NCBI GenBank assembly: GCA_965214095.1
Contig: OZ243938.1
Location: 4,480,001 to 4,544,000 of the forward strand
Origin: Candidatus Poribacteria bacterium
Lineage (GTDB): Bacteria; Poribacteria; WGA-4E; WGA-3G
Direction: 5' to 3'
DNA length: 64,000 nt
In this document: positions 27,787-38,377 of the stretch, in pieces
Layout of the letters: the number at the start of each line of letters is the position of its first letter
Numbering within the stretch: the stretch's first letter is position 1
Position numbers and translations under genes: made by a program
Notes under the pieces: model-generated
What the model was told of the DNA's origin: nothing
The model's input: the letters and a program-made list of their open reading frames with translations, nothing else
Databases searched by the model: none

Positions 27787-30204
27787 ATGAATACCTCTGA
27801 GTTCATTGAAAACATCCTCGATTGTAAACTTGAAGACATCACAGCAGATATGGATGTCCCCTTAGAAACATTACATACCTTCCTTAATTCACTGCCATCA
27901 GATAGTCTTGAAACATACCTGTCCCCTCAATGGGTTGTCCTTGCTGCAGGCAAAGGCACACGCATAGATCCAATAGGACGTTTTAGCAAAACATTAGATA
28001 TTATGTTTGGTGAAAAGAACATGTTGCAGCTATCACGTCAATATCTGCCGGGGAATCTACCACATATTGTTGTCATCAATCCACAAATGGCAACTCGTCT
28101 TACCAATAGCAATTCTGTTGAATCCTTATTGGGTGCAAGTACAATCACATGCATTCAAGAAGAAATGAATGGAACAGGCGGTGCATTACAAGCTGCCCTC
28201 CCAGAAATCCATAAGTCAGACGCTGAATGGATCGGTGTATCATTTGGTGACGAACCATTTTTGGATAAATCCATTATTGCTCAAACATGGTTATCACATT
28301 TCATGTCAGGGGCAGACGTTACTTTATGTGGAAAAATACCAGATACTGTAAGAGACAAGGGTGGACTATTATTTGACTCAGAAGGGAAATTCCTTGGAAC
28401 AAAAGAATGGTACGATATGACAGAGTCTGAAAAAGACAAAATGTGGGAACAGTTGAAATGTGGTGAAGCATATACAAATACTGGAATTACAATAATACGA
28501 AAGAGTGTGTTACTTGAACGGATACATCGTTTACAGCCACATACAAACCGAAACGACGAACTCCATCATGTTGATCTGATTCGTCTCTGTTATGAGGATG
28601 GATTAAAAACTAATGCCTTTATCTATCGCGAAGAAGTTTTGTCTGGAGTTAATCGCTGGTCAAATGTCCTGTCTGGTGAAACTGCCATCTATGCAAAGAC
28701 CCGTGATATCCTTGTGCAGAAAGGAATACGTGTTGATCCTGCAGCTCAGATAACTTTGGATAGTGATGATATTGAAATTGGGTCAGCATGCTATCTACTT
28801 GGTAGAGTTCATATTGGTAAGGATGTAAAAATAGGTGATTACTGTAGACTTGAAGATGTTTCATTAACTGGGGCAACAATTATAGGAGACTCTGTAGGTC
28901 TACAGAATGTGTCTGCAAAAGATACAACAATTCAATCAAATGTTTTACCAACTACGTTAGCAAAACCGATCACTGGTCTCTCAACTGCAAGTTATATTTC
29001 CAATAGTACATTTGACGGTGTGACTATCGGTACAAGTGTTGAATTGACAGACATTAAGGCATATATTACCGTTATTCCTTCTGGGATTAGATTGAAAAAT
29101 CAAACATTAGGTGTACCTTATGCTAAAACACCTCAGGGAGTTTCAGCACAACTCTTCAACCAAATTATACCTGCTAATTACAGACCTGGTGTCTACACTT
29201 TCGGTGAAAAGAAAGATCTACCCGATTGGGAAAACCTACGCAATCATGTCAGTTCACATAGTGCAACGGAGTTAATTCCACGTGCTACCCAAGACCCACA
29301 ACTACAACAAGACATATCCAATGCTGTAAATACTTTGTTGGATATGCTTCGTGCCAACGGAGACTATCTAATTGAACCACTCACTGCCGAGGAACTGTGG
29401 GGGACAATTTTTGAGATGGTGCAGAATTTCTCTGGCAATCCTAATCCTTATGTTCACGATAAACTAAAAGCACGACAGACGGCACTCTCACTCCTACCAG
29501 AGTTCTGGAATGAACAATGGTTGACAAGGTTAAAACTTGTAGTCTCAGGAAATGTCATCGATTACAGCAGTGCACGTGTTGTTGAAAAGGTAAATGCAAA
29601 TCCAAATTATTTCTCTCAGGCACTCCGCGCAGCAGTTGAAACACCTTTTGCTATAGACTGCTATGATATGTTTATGGAGAAAGTCATTGAAGGGAAACCC
29701 AAACAAATTATGTTGCTTGCTGACAATGATGGGGAAATCATATTTGATATGGCATTAATTCAAGACTTGTTAAAATGTGGTCATCGGATCTCTATAGTTG
29801 GCAAAGCAGACAATGCAAGCAACGATGTTACTTTAGCAGATTTACATGATATTACGGCCTATCCTCAATTTACATCTATAAAACAAGCAATACAGGATGG
29901 AGTTGTTACCCTTATTTCTTCAGGAGCAAAGACGATTGGCACTAATCTGTATAATGCAACACCAGAATTTGTAAATGAACTGTTACACACCGATTTGGTA
30001 ATCTCAAAAGGTCAAGGCAATTTCTTCACAACACCTGGATGGAAGATGGATACTTTCTATCTTCTACTCTCAAAAGGATTGACAGCAGAAAGAACAACCG
30101 GTGTTGTTGCAGATAGGAGTCTTCCAGTAGATGGACTTATTTTAGCATATCTACCAGCCGGAACAAGCAGGAATGCCCCTTTGTGCGATCTATGTCAGTC
30201 TTGA
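27787..30204 (+). CDS. GlmU-like nucleotidyltransferase / left-handed beta-helix / DUF89 (ARMT1-like) phosphatase fusion
   Basis: VLAAGKGTR, GTGGA, GDEPFL, NTGI, GVNRW; hexapeptide stretch; GNVIDY, LADNDGEIIFD, NDVT, DLVISKGQGNF. Confidence 0.8.
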   Translation: MNTSEFIENILDCKLEDITADMDVPLETLHTFLNSLPSDSLETYLSPQWVVLAAGKGTRIDPIGRFSKTLDIMFGEKNMLQLSRQYLPGNLPHIVVINPQMATRLTNSNSVESLLGASTITCIQEEMNGTGGALQAALPEIHKSDAEWIGVSFGDEPFLDKSIIAQTWLSHFMSGADVTLCGKIPDTVRDKGGLLFDSEGKFLGTKEWYDMTESEKDKMWEQLKCGEAYTNTGITIIRKSVLLERIHRLQPHTNRNDELHHVDLIRLCYEDGLKTNAFIYREEVLSGVNRWSNVLSGETAIYAKTRDILVQKGIRVDPAAQITLDSDDIEIGSACYLLGRVHIGKDVKIGDYCRLEDVSLTGATIIGDSVGLQNVSAKDTTIQSNVLPTTLAKPITGLSTASYISNSTFDGVTIGTSVELTDIKAYITVIPSGIRLKNQTLGVPYAKTPQGVSAQLFNQIIPANYRPGVYTFGEKKDLPDWENLRNHVSSHSATELIPRATQDPQLQQDISNAVNTLLDMLRANGDYLIEPLTAEELWGTIFEMVQNFSGNPNPYVHDKLKARQTALSLLPEFWNEQWLTRLKLVVSGNVIDYSSARVVEKVNANPNYFSQALRAAVETPFAIDCYDMFMEKVIEGKPKQIMLLADNDGEIIFDMALIQDLLKCGHRISIVGKADNASNDVTLADLHDITAYPQFTSIKQAIQDGVVTLISSGAKTIGTNLYNATPEFVNELLHTDLVISKGQGNFFTTPGWKMDTFYLLLSKGLTAERTTGVVADRSLPVDGLILAYLPAGTSRNAPLCDLCQS

Positions 30205-31557
30205 AATCGTAAATTCCCTTTTACCAGACTTTGAAAGAGGAATTTCCTCAACATACTCCACATCAACAGTCACGTCTGTCCCCATTTTTGCTTGAATCTT
30301 CAATACAATTTCATCACAAGTTTTCTCTGTCCATTCTTCGTTTATCACAAGTTTCAGTGTACACTTTTCAAAAGAGTCTTGGATTAATTGAAACTGCGAA
30401 ACACCTTCAATGTTATAGAACTGTTGTGTGAAATACCCACCATGCACCAACAATCCACTTTTCGTGCGAAAGGTTGCAGTACTACGACCCAGAAGTTCTG
30501 CCAATACTGGCAATTGATTGCCACACGGACATCTTTCGTTAGATAATCTTCCAATATCACCAATGCGATAGCGAATAAAAGGCATAGCATAGTTGTTTAG
30601 TTGTGTGATGAGTATATCGCCAGGAATGTTGTATGGATCAAGGCTATCTATCTCAAGAAATATGTCTCTGCAGTTGATATGCATCTTTCCCTCACCACAC
30701 TCCATCCCAATTAATCCTACCTCTCTTCCTCCATACCTGTTATATATCTTCGTGCTAAAGGTAGATTCTGCTAACGACCTATAATGTGGATACAACATCT
30801 CCGCAGAAGAAATAATACCTTTCAAATCCCAGTTAGGTTTAAGATTCTGTTCATTGAGGTATTTTGCAAACTGGTGTAGAGAGGAAGGGTATGCCAGAAT
30901 AGTCTTGGGTTGCCACTGTTGCATCTTCTCAAATGTTGTTTGCATTGCTGATTCTGTAAGTTGAAATCCGTCAAGCCAGAACTGATTTCTCCAATAACGG
31001 TTCAGTTTCTGTTTCCAACGACTACCCGCGTTGATGTCTGTCTGTGCACCCCAAATAACTAACTGCGGTTCTCCAAAATCCCATCCTCCCCATCTGTCAA
31101 AATAATATACACTTAGATTTCTTTGATTCCAATAGGTTCTATCCTGATAGAACTTCAACGGTGTGCCTGTAGAACCACCCGTAGCATTTTCAATTCGTTT
31201 ATGTAATGGAATTAACTCCGATTGAAGATTGGATAGTTGTTTACGGACAGTCTGCTTCTCAAGTGGTGGAATTATTGATATGTCAATTGAATCCGTAGAA
31301 AATAACTGAGTCAAGCCATCCTGTCTCAATCCAATTTCTTTGAACAGATCACGGTAGTAAGGTGTTGTTTGGACAGCATGCTGAAAGAGTTGTCGAATAC
31401 GATTCCTTTGATATTCCAAAATAGTATCACGAGAGGAATTGAACAAAGAAGTTGTTTTTGAGAATTGGTGGGGGAAGGATAGACCCTTACGGTAGGTATT
31501 ATATGCACACCAAGCAGCTTTTGAGAACAACACTTTGGTTGAACGATGAATTGCCAT
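30190..31557 (-). CDS. phenylacetate-CoA ligase family (CapK-like) adenylate-forming protein
   Basis: TPYYR, TGGSTGTP, AYPSSL, YGGREVG, MPFIRYRIGD, SGK. Confidence 0.88.
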   Translation of the reverse strand: MAIHRSTKVLFSKAAWCAYNTYRKGLSFPHQFSKTTSLFNSSRDTILEYQRNRIRQLFQHAVQTTPYYRDLFKEIGLRQDGLTQLFSTDSIDISIIPPLEKQTVRKQLSNLQSELIPLHKRIENATGGSTGTPLKFYQDRTYWNQRNLSVYYFDRWGGWDFGEPQLVIWGAQTDINAGSRWKQKLNRYWRNQFWLDGFQLTESAMQTTFEKMQQWQPKTILAYPSSLHQFAKYLNEQNLKPNWDLKGIISSAEMLYPHYRSLAESTFSTKIYNRYGGREVGLIGMECGEGKMHINCRDIFLEIDSLDPYNIPGDILITQLNNYAMPFIRYRIGDIGRLSNERCPCGNQLPVLAELLGRSTATFRTKSGLLVHGGYFTQQFYNIEGVSQFQLIQDSFEKCTLKLVINEEWTEKTCDEIVLKIQAKMGTDVTVDVEYVEEIPLSKSGKREFTISRLT

Positions 31558-31573
31558 GTTTTCAATTCTATTG

Positions 31574-31609
31574 TGTCTAAATGTCTAATCAATGTTAGAC
31601 ATTTAGACA
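31574..31609. repeat. perfect 15-bp inverted repeat, intergenic
   Basis: TGTCTAAATGTCTAA-tcaatg-TTAGACATTTAGACA. Confidence 0.8.
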
Positions 31610-31623
31610 TAATAGCTATATAT

Positions 31624-33111
31624 TCATTTACGTCTTCTTATTGGGTCAATATGTGGCACATATCCAGGTGGTAATTGGTCACTGGAAGAACGTCCATCTT
31701 GAAAAAGTTGATCAGCGTCGGGATTATCAGGTTCATAAGGTTGAGGGAATTCGCGCCAATTATTACCATCAAGTGGCTGCTCATAGCCATCATTCTTGAA
31801 CCAGTTGATCAACCTATCACGGTATTCTCTGAGAATACCGCCATAAGCATGGTTTCCGGCAAGATTACGTTCATCAAGTCTACCGGCAAGTCTTCTGAAC
31901 AACCATTCTTTTCTATCCGCGGCAGAATAGATGTACTTGTATTCATCTGTCAAATACATATACAATCCTCTACTCTCACCTGCTAATTGTCCAATTATTG
32001 CATCACGATCAACATTTCCATTAGCAATCTCTGCCAAATCTATCCCACTTCGGTCTGCATCTGGTGTCAAGCCTGCTGCATTTAGACTCGTTGGGAACAC
32101 ATCAACAAGACTGGTAGGTGTATCACACTGAACGTTGGCTTCAAATCGTTCAGGATACCGAACAAGGAGCGGTATACGTGCGGCGGCATCAAGCCAAGAA
32201 CGTTTGCCATAACAATCATAGTCCCCAAGCAGTTCCCCGTGATCCGATGTGAAAAGTATCAATGTATTGTCAAGTTCTCCTTCAGATTCAAGATATTCCA
32301 AGATTCGTCCAACTTGATAATCAATGAAAGATATAGCGGCATAATATGCAGCACGCATAGTTTTGATAAGGTTTAAATCTCTACCTTGGTCCCGGTATTT
32401 ATACCGATTTTGATGTCGATTCCAATGTGTATGGAGTTGCTCAAAATCTGGTGGTAGGAACGGAAGCGGCATTTCTACAGAGCGGTAAAGTCGGTTCCAA
32501 GGAACAGGAGATTCAAAAGGAGGATGTGGTTTTATAAAACTTGACCAGCACAGAAACGGTCTGTCAGCATCACGTCCAGAAAGGAACTGCAATGTTTTAT
32601 CACCAACCCATTGTGTGTGGTGGAGTCGTTCAGGGAGTTGCGATTGCTGAGGTATATAATAATACTCACTTCTTTCACCGTGTGGAGCAATGATATGGTC
32701 ATATCCGTTTTCATGTAAGGACTCTGTATAATCATCTGGTCCAGCACCCTCTTCTGAGAAATCTCTGGTCTCATATCCCCACAACTTACGACTTTGCGGA
32801 GTAAAGTGCATTTTCCCTATACCGTGTGTCTGATACCCATCCTCATTAAGTATATCCATGACAGATGACCGGTCCTGTGGCATCGCAGAGTTGGTAGTAC
32901 AGCCTGTTTCGTGAGGCCACTGTCCAAGTAGGAAACTACAACGAGACGCAACGCATACAGGTGAAGGACAGTACGCAGATGTATAACTCGTTCCTTCCTC
33001 AACAAGTCTGTCAAGTGCTGGAGTCTGAATAATAGGATTTCCAAGTGCACCTACCGTATCAAAACGCTGCTGATCTGTCATCAAATATAAGATATTAGGT
33101 TTCTTTGCCAT
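31624..33111 (-). CDS. sulfatase (formylglycine-dependent)
   Basis: KPNILYLMTDQQR, SPVCVASR, GKMH, KPHPPF, FTSDHGE. Confidence 0.93.
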   Translation of the reverse strand: MAKKPNILYLMTDQQRFDTVGALGNPIIQTPALDRLVEEGTSYTSAYCPSPVCVASRCSFLLGQWPHETGCTTNSAMPQDRSSVMDILNEDGYQTHGIGKMHFTPQSRKLWGYETRDFSEEGAGPDDYTESLHENGYDHIIAPHGERSEYYYIPQQSQLPERLHHTQWVGDKTLQFLSGRDADRPFLCWSSFIKPHPPFESPVPWNRLYRSVEMPLPFLPPDFEQLHTHWNRHQNRYKYRDQGRDLNLIKTMRAAYYAAISFIDYQVGRILEYLESEGELDNTLILFTSDHGELLGDYDCYGKRSWLDAAARIPLLVRYPERFEANVQCDTPTSLVDVFPTSLNAAGLTPDADRSGIDLAEIANGNVDRDAIIGQLAGESRGLYMYLTDEYKYIYSAADRKEWLFRRLAGRLDERNLAGNHAYGGILREYRDRLINWFKNDGYEQPLDGNNWREFPQPYEPDNPDADQLFQDGRSSSDQLPPGYVPHIDPIRRRK

Positions 33112-33291
33112 TGAGTGATCCGTCCCTTTCTGTGTATATATTCAGAAACTTGATTGCCTATTTGAACAATATCATAACATCTTTTTGGTCATCATACAAT
33201 CAGAATATTGATTTTGCTGAGTTATTCAGTTTTAGGTTTTTATTCGCTATTATTCACAAACGTTAATTTTGTTATGAGTTTGTATTTCTTT

Positions 33292-33454
33292 TTGTCTGAA
33301 CCAGGATTTTCAGGATTAGTAGATTTTCAGGATTATGAGGTTGGCACGCTGAAGTGCAAATCAAAAAGATGACTCTTTCCTCTTGAATGTCACTTAGAAA
33401 CACCAAGTATCTATCTTGCACATCCTTGAATCCTGTCCATCCTGGTTCAGACAA
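33292..33454. mobile_element. MITE-like element class E with 16-bp terminal inverted repeats
   Basis: TTGTCTGAACCAGGAT...ATCCTGGTTCAGACAA, with internal AGGATT/AATCCT sub-repeats. Confidence 0.65.
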
Positions 33455-33667
33455 TAAACAATGATACCACTATAATATCTCTGTATTCCGTTACGATATC
33501 TAAACTATTAGTCAAATCAAGTAGAATTCTTAAGACTAAATACCCTGTCCTGTTTATATATTATATTGAAATTTATCCAATAACATGGTATTATCTATAT
33601 CATTGAAAATTGTAATACATCTCCTATCAACATAGATTATTTCACCTAAACAATTGAACTAAAATCA

Positions 33668-33859
33668 ATGCAGAAATGGTATGAAAACAGAACTCTATTA
33701 AATATCCTTATCTTCCTAATGGTTGTCTTTTTCATTTTGTCCTTTTTCTATCAATGGCACTGGGGAATACCTCTATTTCTTGTTTTTGGCACTGCAATCA
33801 TGATCAGAGGTGTAACGAAAATAACAATGCGGATGCATGGCAGAAATAGCAAAAAATGA
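33668..33859 (+). CDS. small 2-TM membrane protein
   Basis: Two hydrophobic segments, basic tail, directly upstream of the molybdoenzyme gene. Confidence 0.5.
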   Translation: MQKWYENRTLLNILIFLMVVFFILSFFYQWHWGIPLFLVFGTAIMIRGVTKITMRMHGRNSKK

Positions 33860-33880
33860 TTCTCATTTTAAGGAGTTAGA

Positions 33881-34888
33881 ATGAAAAGACGAACCTTCAT
33901 CAAATTGAGTGCAATTAGTGCTGCGGGATTAGTTTTACCGCTACAGTTAGAAGCACAAACAGATGATGCACCTTTGCTTAAACCACGAACTCTCATTACA
34001 CCAAATGAAGAATTCTATATCCTGCAATTAGGTGATCCAGTAGAGTTAGATGCTGCAAGTTGGAGATTAGCAATAAGCGGTTTAGTAGAGAAACAAATTA
34101 AGCCGCTTGCTCTTGATGAAATCAAATCTATGGAAACAGTTGAGGTAATGCGAACTTTGAAATGCATCGGTGATCCTATTGGGGAAGAACAGATGGGGAA
34201 TGCCACATGGAAAGGAGTTAGACTTCGTGACCTAATCCAGAAAGCTGGTGTAAAAGAAAATACAAAAGTAGTCGTGTTTCAATGTGCTGATTCCTATCAT
34301 ACTGCGATCCCTTTAGAAGACGCAATGCACGAGGACACTATTCTCGCATACCAAATGAATGGTGAAACACTACCGAAAGAACACGGTTATCCTGTCCGTC
34401 TACTCAATCCTGGTCATTATGGAACAAAAAATCCAAAATGGATAGTGAACATACAGCTGGCAGAAAAACACGAAAGTTACTGGGAAAAACGTGGATGGGA
34501 TCCTGTTGCTAATGTAAAATTAGCAACTGTTATTGGCACACCAAGTCAAGAAGAAGAGATATTAGTAGGAACTGATTTTGTTGTGAGTGGTGCAGCATTT
34601 GATGCCGGACACCATGGTGGAATTAAGAAAGTTGAAGTCAGTATTGATTACGGAGAAACATGGCAGGAAACAGAGATTTGGGCCAAAGACACTCCGCTTG
34701 CATGGGTGCTATGGAAATGGAAATGGCAAGTCCCAAAAGAAAAAGGTCCCATTGAGATTTACGCCAGAGCCACCACTAACAGTGGAGTCACTCAAGAGGA
34801 AATGGGTATCAAAGCTAAACCAGTCGACGCAGTAGGTTACCACACAGTTGATGTCAAAATTGTAGAGGAATTGGAACAAACTAACTGA
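33881..34888 (+). CDS. Tat-exported sulfite oxidase family molybdopterin oxidoreductase
   Basis: MKRRTFIK Tat signal; TLKCIG, GNATWKGVRL, LAYQMNGETLPKEHGYPVRL, KWI, VEVSID. Confidence 0.92.
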   Translation: MKRRTFIKLSAISAAGLVLPLQLEAQTDDAPLLKPRTLITPNEEFYILQLGDPVELDAASWRLAISGLVEKQIKPLALDEIKSMETVEVMRTLKCIGDPIGEEQMGNATWKGVRLRDLIQKAGVKENTKVVVFQCADSYHTAIPLEDAMHEDTILAYQMNGETLPKEHGYPVRLLNPGHYGTKNPKWIVNIQLAEKHESYWEKRGWDPVANVKLATVIGTPSQEEEILVGTDFVVSGAAFDAGHHGGIKKVEVSIDYGETWQETEIWAKDTPLAWVLWKWKWQVPKEKGPIEIYARATTNSGVTQEEMGIKAKPVDAVGYHTVDVKIVEELEQTN

Positions 34889-34971
34889 TCCATTTCGTAT
34901 GCCAGAATCCCATAGCATACAAAAGTTAGAATTAGTGATAGAAGAAACACACAACCACAATACTGCACTAA

Positions 34972-36156
34972 ATGCGTCTTAAACCAACACAACTTATCAT
35001 AGTCTATCTTCCCGCACTATTTATTGATTTTGCCTTTAGCAGTGTCTTAACTAATTCCTCATTTTATTCGAGTACGCTCAATTTTTCATCTACATTCTTA
35101 GGTGTATTGGTTGCTATTGCAACAGCCTTCTATACGTTTCTTGCAATCCCATGTGGTAAATTATCTGATAGAATTGAACGGCACAGAATGCTATATATTG
35201 GTTGTCTCCTAATTGCAAGTGTAAGCATTTTACTCCGTTTTTGCAGTAGTAAATTACATCTGTTGTTGATATTCCCGTGTATTGGAATCAGCATGGCACT
35301 CTTCTGGCCTGCCTATGAAGCATGGCTTGCAGAACGAGAAGGTGAAGGAAAGTTAATTCACAGGGTCATGCTTTTCAATCTATTCTGGAGTACGGGAATA
35401 ACGTTGGGTCCAACTGTCTCAGGATATTTATATAAAGATGAACAACCATTTACCCCATTATATCTTGCTGCCGGTGCTGGATTGATAACATTGATTACCA
35501 TCTTTTTCAGCAATTCACAACCTGAAAAAGCCATCTTAGGAGAGCAATCGGATCAAACTCAAACACTGTTTCCTCCCCCATCAGAACGCAAGAAATACCT
35601 AAATATTGCAAGGTGTGCAAATTTTACATCTTGGTTTGCACTCGGTGTTTTACGATGGCTTAATCCAAAACTGACGAAGGATATGGGGATATTTCCAACT
35701 ATATTCGGAAACATGATGCTTGCACTCGGAGGGATGCAAACTATTTCATTTCTTTTTCTTGGAACAAGTTATTCCACACGGTGGCACTATCGCATAGGAC
35801 CATTAGTGTTAATGCAAGGATTAGCGATTTTATGTTTCATCGGAATATGGTGGATAGAAAACATAGTATTCTGGGTATTTGCGTTTGCCATCATTGGAGT
35901 ATCTGTGGCATTTACATATTTCGGCAGTCTCTATTACGGATTGCACATGCATTCAGATAAAGGAAATAAAAGCGGTTGGCATGAAGCAGCTCTGGGATTT
36001 GGTAGTTTATTAGGACCGCTATTTGGTGGGTTTGCTGCTGATTCCACCTTTGGTATCAAGAGTCCATATCTGTTGTGTGCAGGGGTGATCTTTATTGGAA
36101 TAGTTGTTGAATTGTTCATAGTATCAAAGAAGCGGTTGGCAGTGGATGTTCTTTGA
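34972..36156 (+). CDS. MFS transporter
   Basis: About 12 TM, motif A GKLSDRIER, GPLFGG. Confidence 0.9.
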   Translation: MRLKPTQLIIVYLPALFIDFAFSSVLTNSSFYSSTLNFSSTFLGVLVAIATAFYTFLAIPCGKLSDRIERHRMLYIGCLLIASVSILLRFCSSKLHLLLIFPCIGISMALFWPAYEAWLAEREGEGKLIHRVMLFNLFWSTGITLGPTVSGYLYKDEQPFTPLYLAAGAGLITLITIFFSNSQPEKAILGEQSDQTQTLFPPPSERKKYLNIARCANFTSWFALGVLRWLNPKLTKDMGIFPTIFGNMMLALGGMQTISFLFLGTSYSTRWHYRIGPLVLMQGLAILCFIGIWWIENIVFWVFAFAIIGVSVAFTYFGSLYYGLHMHSDKGNKSGWHEAALGFGSLLGPLFGGFAADSTFGIKSPYLLCAGVIFIGIVVELFIVSKKRLAVDVL

Positions 36157-37252
36157 TATAATCTTCGTTCACTGTGATCCCAAGACCCGGTCCATCTGGA
36201 ACAGTTACGATGTGATCGTTAATTTCTACACCACTTATCACCATATCATCTAGAAACACAGGCGCATTCAGTTCGGCTGGAAGTGCTAAATCCAACGTTG
36301 AAAATAAGTGTACACTCGCCATAAAACCTACACCTGCTTCTGTTAAACCGCTACCAAGTAATTCCATGCCATTTGCAGCTGCTACATAGACACTCTTGAG
36401 ACATTCAGAAATACCACCAGATTTACAAATCTTCAAAACAACTGCATCTGCACAATCAATACGTGCTATTTTACTAAGATCAAAATATGTAAAACAACCT
36501 TCATCAATTGCAATGGGAACCGACGTTCCATCCTTGACTCTCTTCATTCCATACCAATCTTGACTTGCTACCGGTTGCTCCATACAATAGATCTCGTGGA
36601 TATCTTCAACACGTCTGAGTAATTGTAACGCATTTGCAGGAGTATAAGATTGATTCGCATCAATCCACAGTTTTACTTTAGGTGATACCTCGTGAATTGC
36701 TCTCAATCTCTCCTCATCTAATTCGGGGTTTCCTTCAACTTTGACCTTGAAACATGTGCACGGAGATAATGCCTTTGCTTTCAATGCCATTATCTCTGGA
36801 GTATCAATACTCAATGCATAACTCAGGGGTAATGTAGAATGTCGCATTCCACCGAGAAGTGTATGAATCGGTATATCTAAGATGTGGCAACACAAATCAT
36901 GTAGTGCAATGTCTACTGCAGCTTTAGCAAATGGGTGACCATTACTTACAGCCGGTTTCAATGTTTGATAGATTGAGTCATCAATTTCGTTACGACTGAG
37001 TGGGTTTTTACCAAGAAGTAAAGGTGTAATATATTGACGAATAGTTGTTGTGATTGATTCAGTCGTCTCATAGCTCCAAGATGGTAGCGCACGTTGTTCT
37101 CCCCAACCGACATATCCATCATCCGTAGTGATTTTGACAAATATGTGGTTACCAGCGGATGACGGATCACCAACGAAACCGGTGCCGATTGTAAAAACAT
37201 CCTTCATCGCAATGGCAGTGGGAAATACTTCTACTTGTGTAATTTTACTCAT
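36116..37252 (-). CDS. enolase superfamily (muconate cycloisomerase/dipeptide epimerase-like) enzyme
   Basis: FKVKV, IDANQ, EQP, IDE, VLKICKSGG. Confidence 0.88.
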   Translation of the reverse strand: MSKITQVEVFPTAIAMKDVFTIGTGFVGDPSSAGNHIFVKITTDDGYVGWGEQRALPSWSYETTESITTTIRQYITPLLLGKNPLSRNEIDDSIYQTLKPAVSNGHPFAKAAVDIALHDLCCHILDIPIHTLLGGMRHSTLPLSYALSIDTPEIMALKAKALSPCTCFKVKVEGNPELDEERLRAIHEVSPKVKLWIDANQSYTPANALQLLRRVEDIHEIYCMEQPVASQDWYGMKRVKDGTSVPIAIDEGCFTYFDLSKIARIDCADAVVLKICKSGGISECLKSVYVAAANGMELLGSGLTEAGVGFMASVHLFSTLDLALPAELNAPVFLDDMVISGVEINDHIVTVPDGPGLGITVNEDYIKEHPLPTASLIL

Positions 37253-37354
37253 GATTATTGTAAATCTCTAATGTAGGAATTATTGAACAGCAGATTATGC
37301 TTTGTCTCGTATCTAAACTAATACATTCTACCACTTCTATGATTATAAATCAAA

Positions 37355-37492
37355 TATAGTGAATATTGAAAATAATAATGCAAAGTCCCTGTAGAAGCGA
37401 TCTCCGAATAGCGAGTTAACTCAGTGATAATCGGGAATTGGAGTTCCTTCCTACATATCCAAAATGTCCAATTAATTCAAAACTCTACCATA
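37355..37492. mobile_element. MITE-like element class C (138 bp) with inverted GTAG doublet
   Basis: TATAGTGAA...CTACCATA; GTAGAAGCGATCTCCGAATAGC on plus and GTAGGAAGGAACTCCAATTCC on minus; inverted copy at 18035-18160. Confidence 0.75.
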
Positions 37493-37652
37493 AATAACGC
37501 TGAACGTCCCCAATTATTTCTTGACAAAACTATAATATATGTGTCACAATAATAAGAGTAACATAAATAAATTTATAGCATCTCATAATAAAACAGTAAA
37601 CGGTTTTAATATAAATTCTGATGTCCTAACGTGAACAGACTAAGGTATTGAT

Positions 37653-38306
37653 ATGAATTCAGAACAAAACAATATTGAAGAAAAAACACTACCACTTTTT
37701 CCTTTGAATCTTGTACTATTTCCAGGTGCCGTTCTACCATTATACATTTTTGAGCCAAGATATCGAGAAATGGTCAAGTTCTGTATCAGAAATGAATCCT
37801 CTATCGGCATTGTAATGATTAAAGATGGCGATGAGGTCGGTGAGAATGCTACACCATGCAAAATCGGTACTGCTGTTGATTTAGTTGAAGTAGATCGATT
37901 TCCTGATGGACGGATGAATATTATGACATCAGGACATTCAAGGTTTGAGATACTGGAAGTTGATGATGAACTACCTTATCTCGTTGGACGCGTCAAAATG
38001 CTTGACTCTTTAGATTCTGAACCAGATACAAGCCTTGATGCAATTGCAGGTGATACGCGTGAAATATATATTGAATATGAAACATTATCAAGTTTTTTAA
38101 TGTTTGGTTGGTTGCCACCAGAGGAGATACCGCAACATCCTCAACTATTAGCATATCAAATAGGAACGCGATTACGAATCTCGCTTGAAGAGAAACAAGA
38201 CCTATTAGAAATACAATCATTCGATGAACTCCTTAAACGTGAAATTGATATACTAAAAAAACTGAATAAACAAATTGCTTTCCAATTATCAGCTCGGAAC
38301 AATTGA
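37653..38306 (+). CDS. LON peptidase substrate-binding domain protein
   Basis: LPLFPLNLVLFPG, LPLYIFEPRYREM, PDGR, EKQDLLE. Confidence 0.9.
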   Translation: MNSEQNNIEEKTLPLFPLNLVLFPGAVLPLYIFEPRYREMVKFCIRNESSIGIVMIKDGDEVGENATPCKIGTAVDLVEVDRFPDGRMNIMTSGHSRFEILEVDDELPYLVGRVKMLDSLDSEPDTSLDAIAGDTREIYIEYETLSSFLMFGWLPPEEIPQHPQLLAYQIGTRLRISLEEKQDLLEIQSFDELLKREIDILKKLNKQIAFQLSARNN

Positions 38307-38377
38307 AAATAAATAATTTGATAGAGTTTATACAGTGTCAACTTCTTTGGGTTGACATCAGTAGGTCAAAAAGAGCA

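Noticed and set aside
33272-33454. 60-aa minus-strand ORF
   Set aside because: Coincides with the class E repeat; translation reflects the repeat ends
36116-36156. 41-nt convergent overlap of MFS and enolase genes (also 15 nt at 30190-30204)
   Set aside because: Short 3' overlaps are common in compact genomes; no evidence of function
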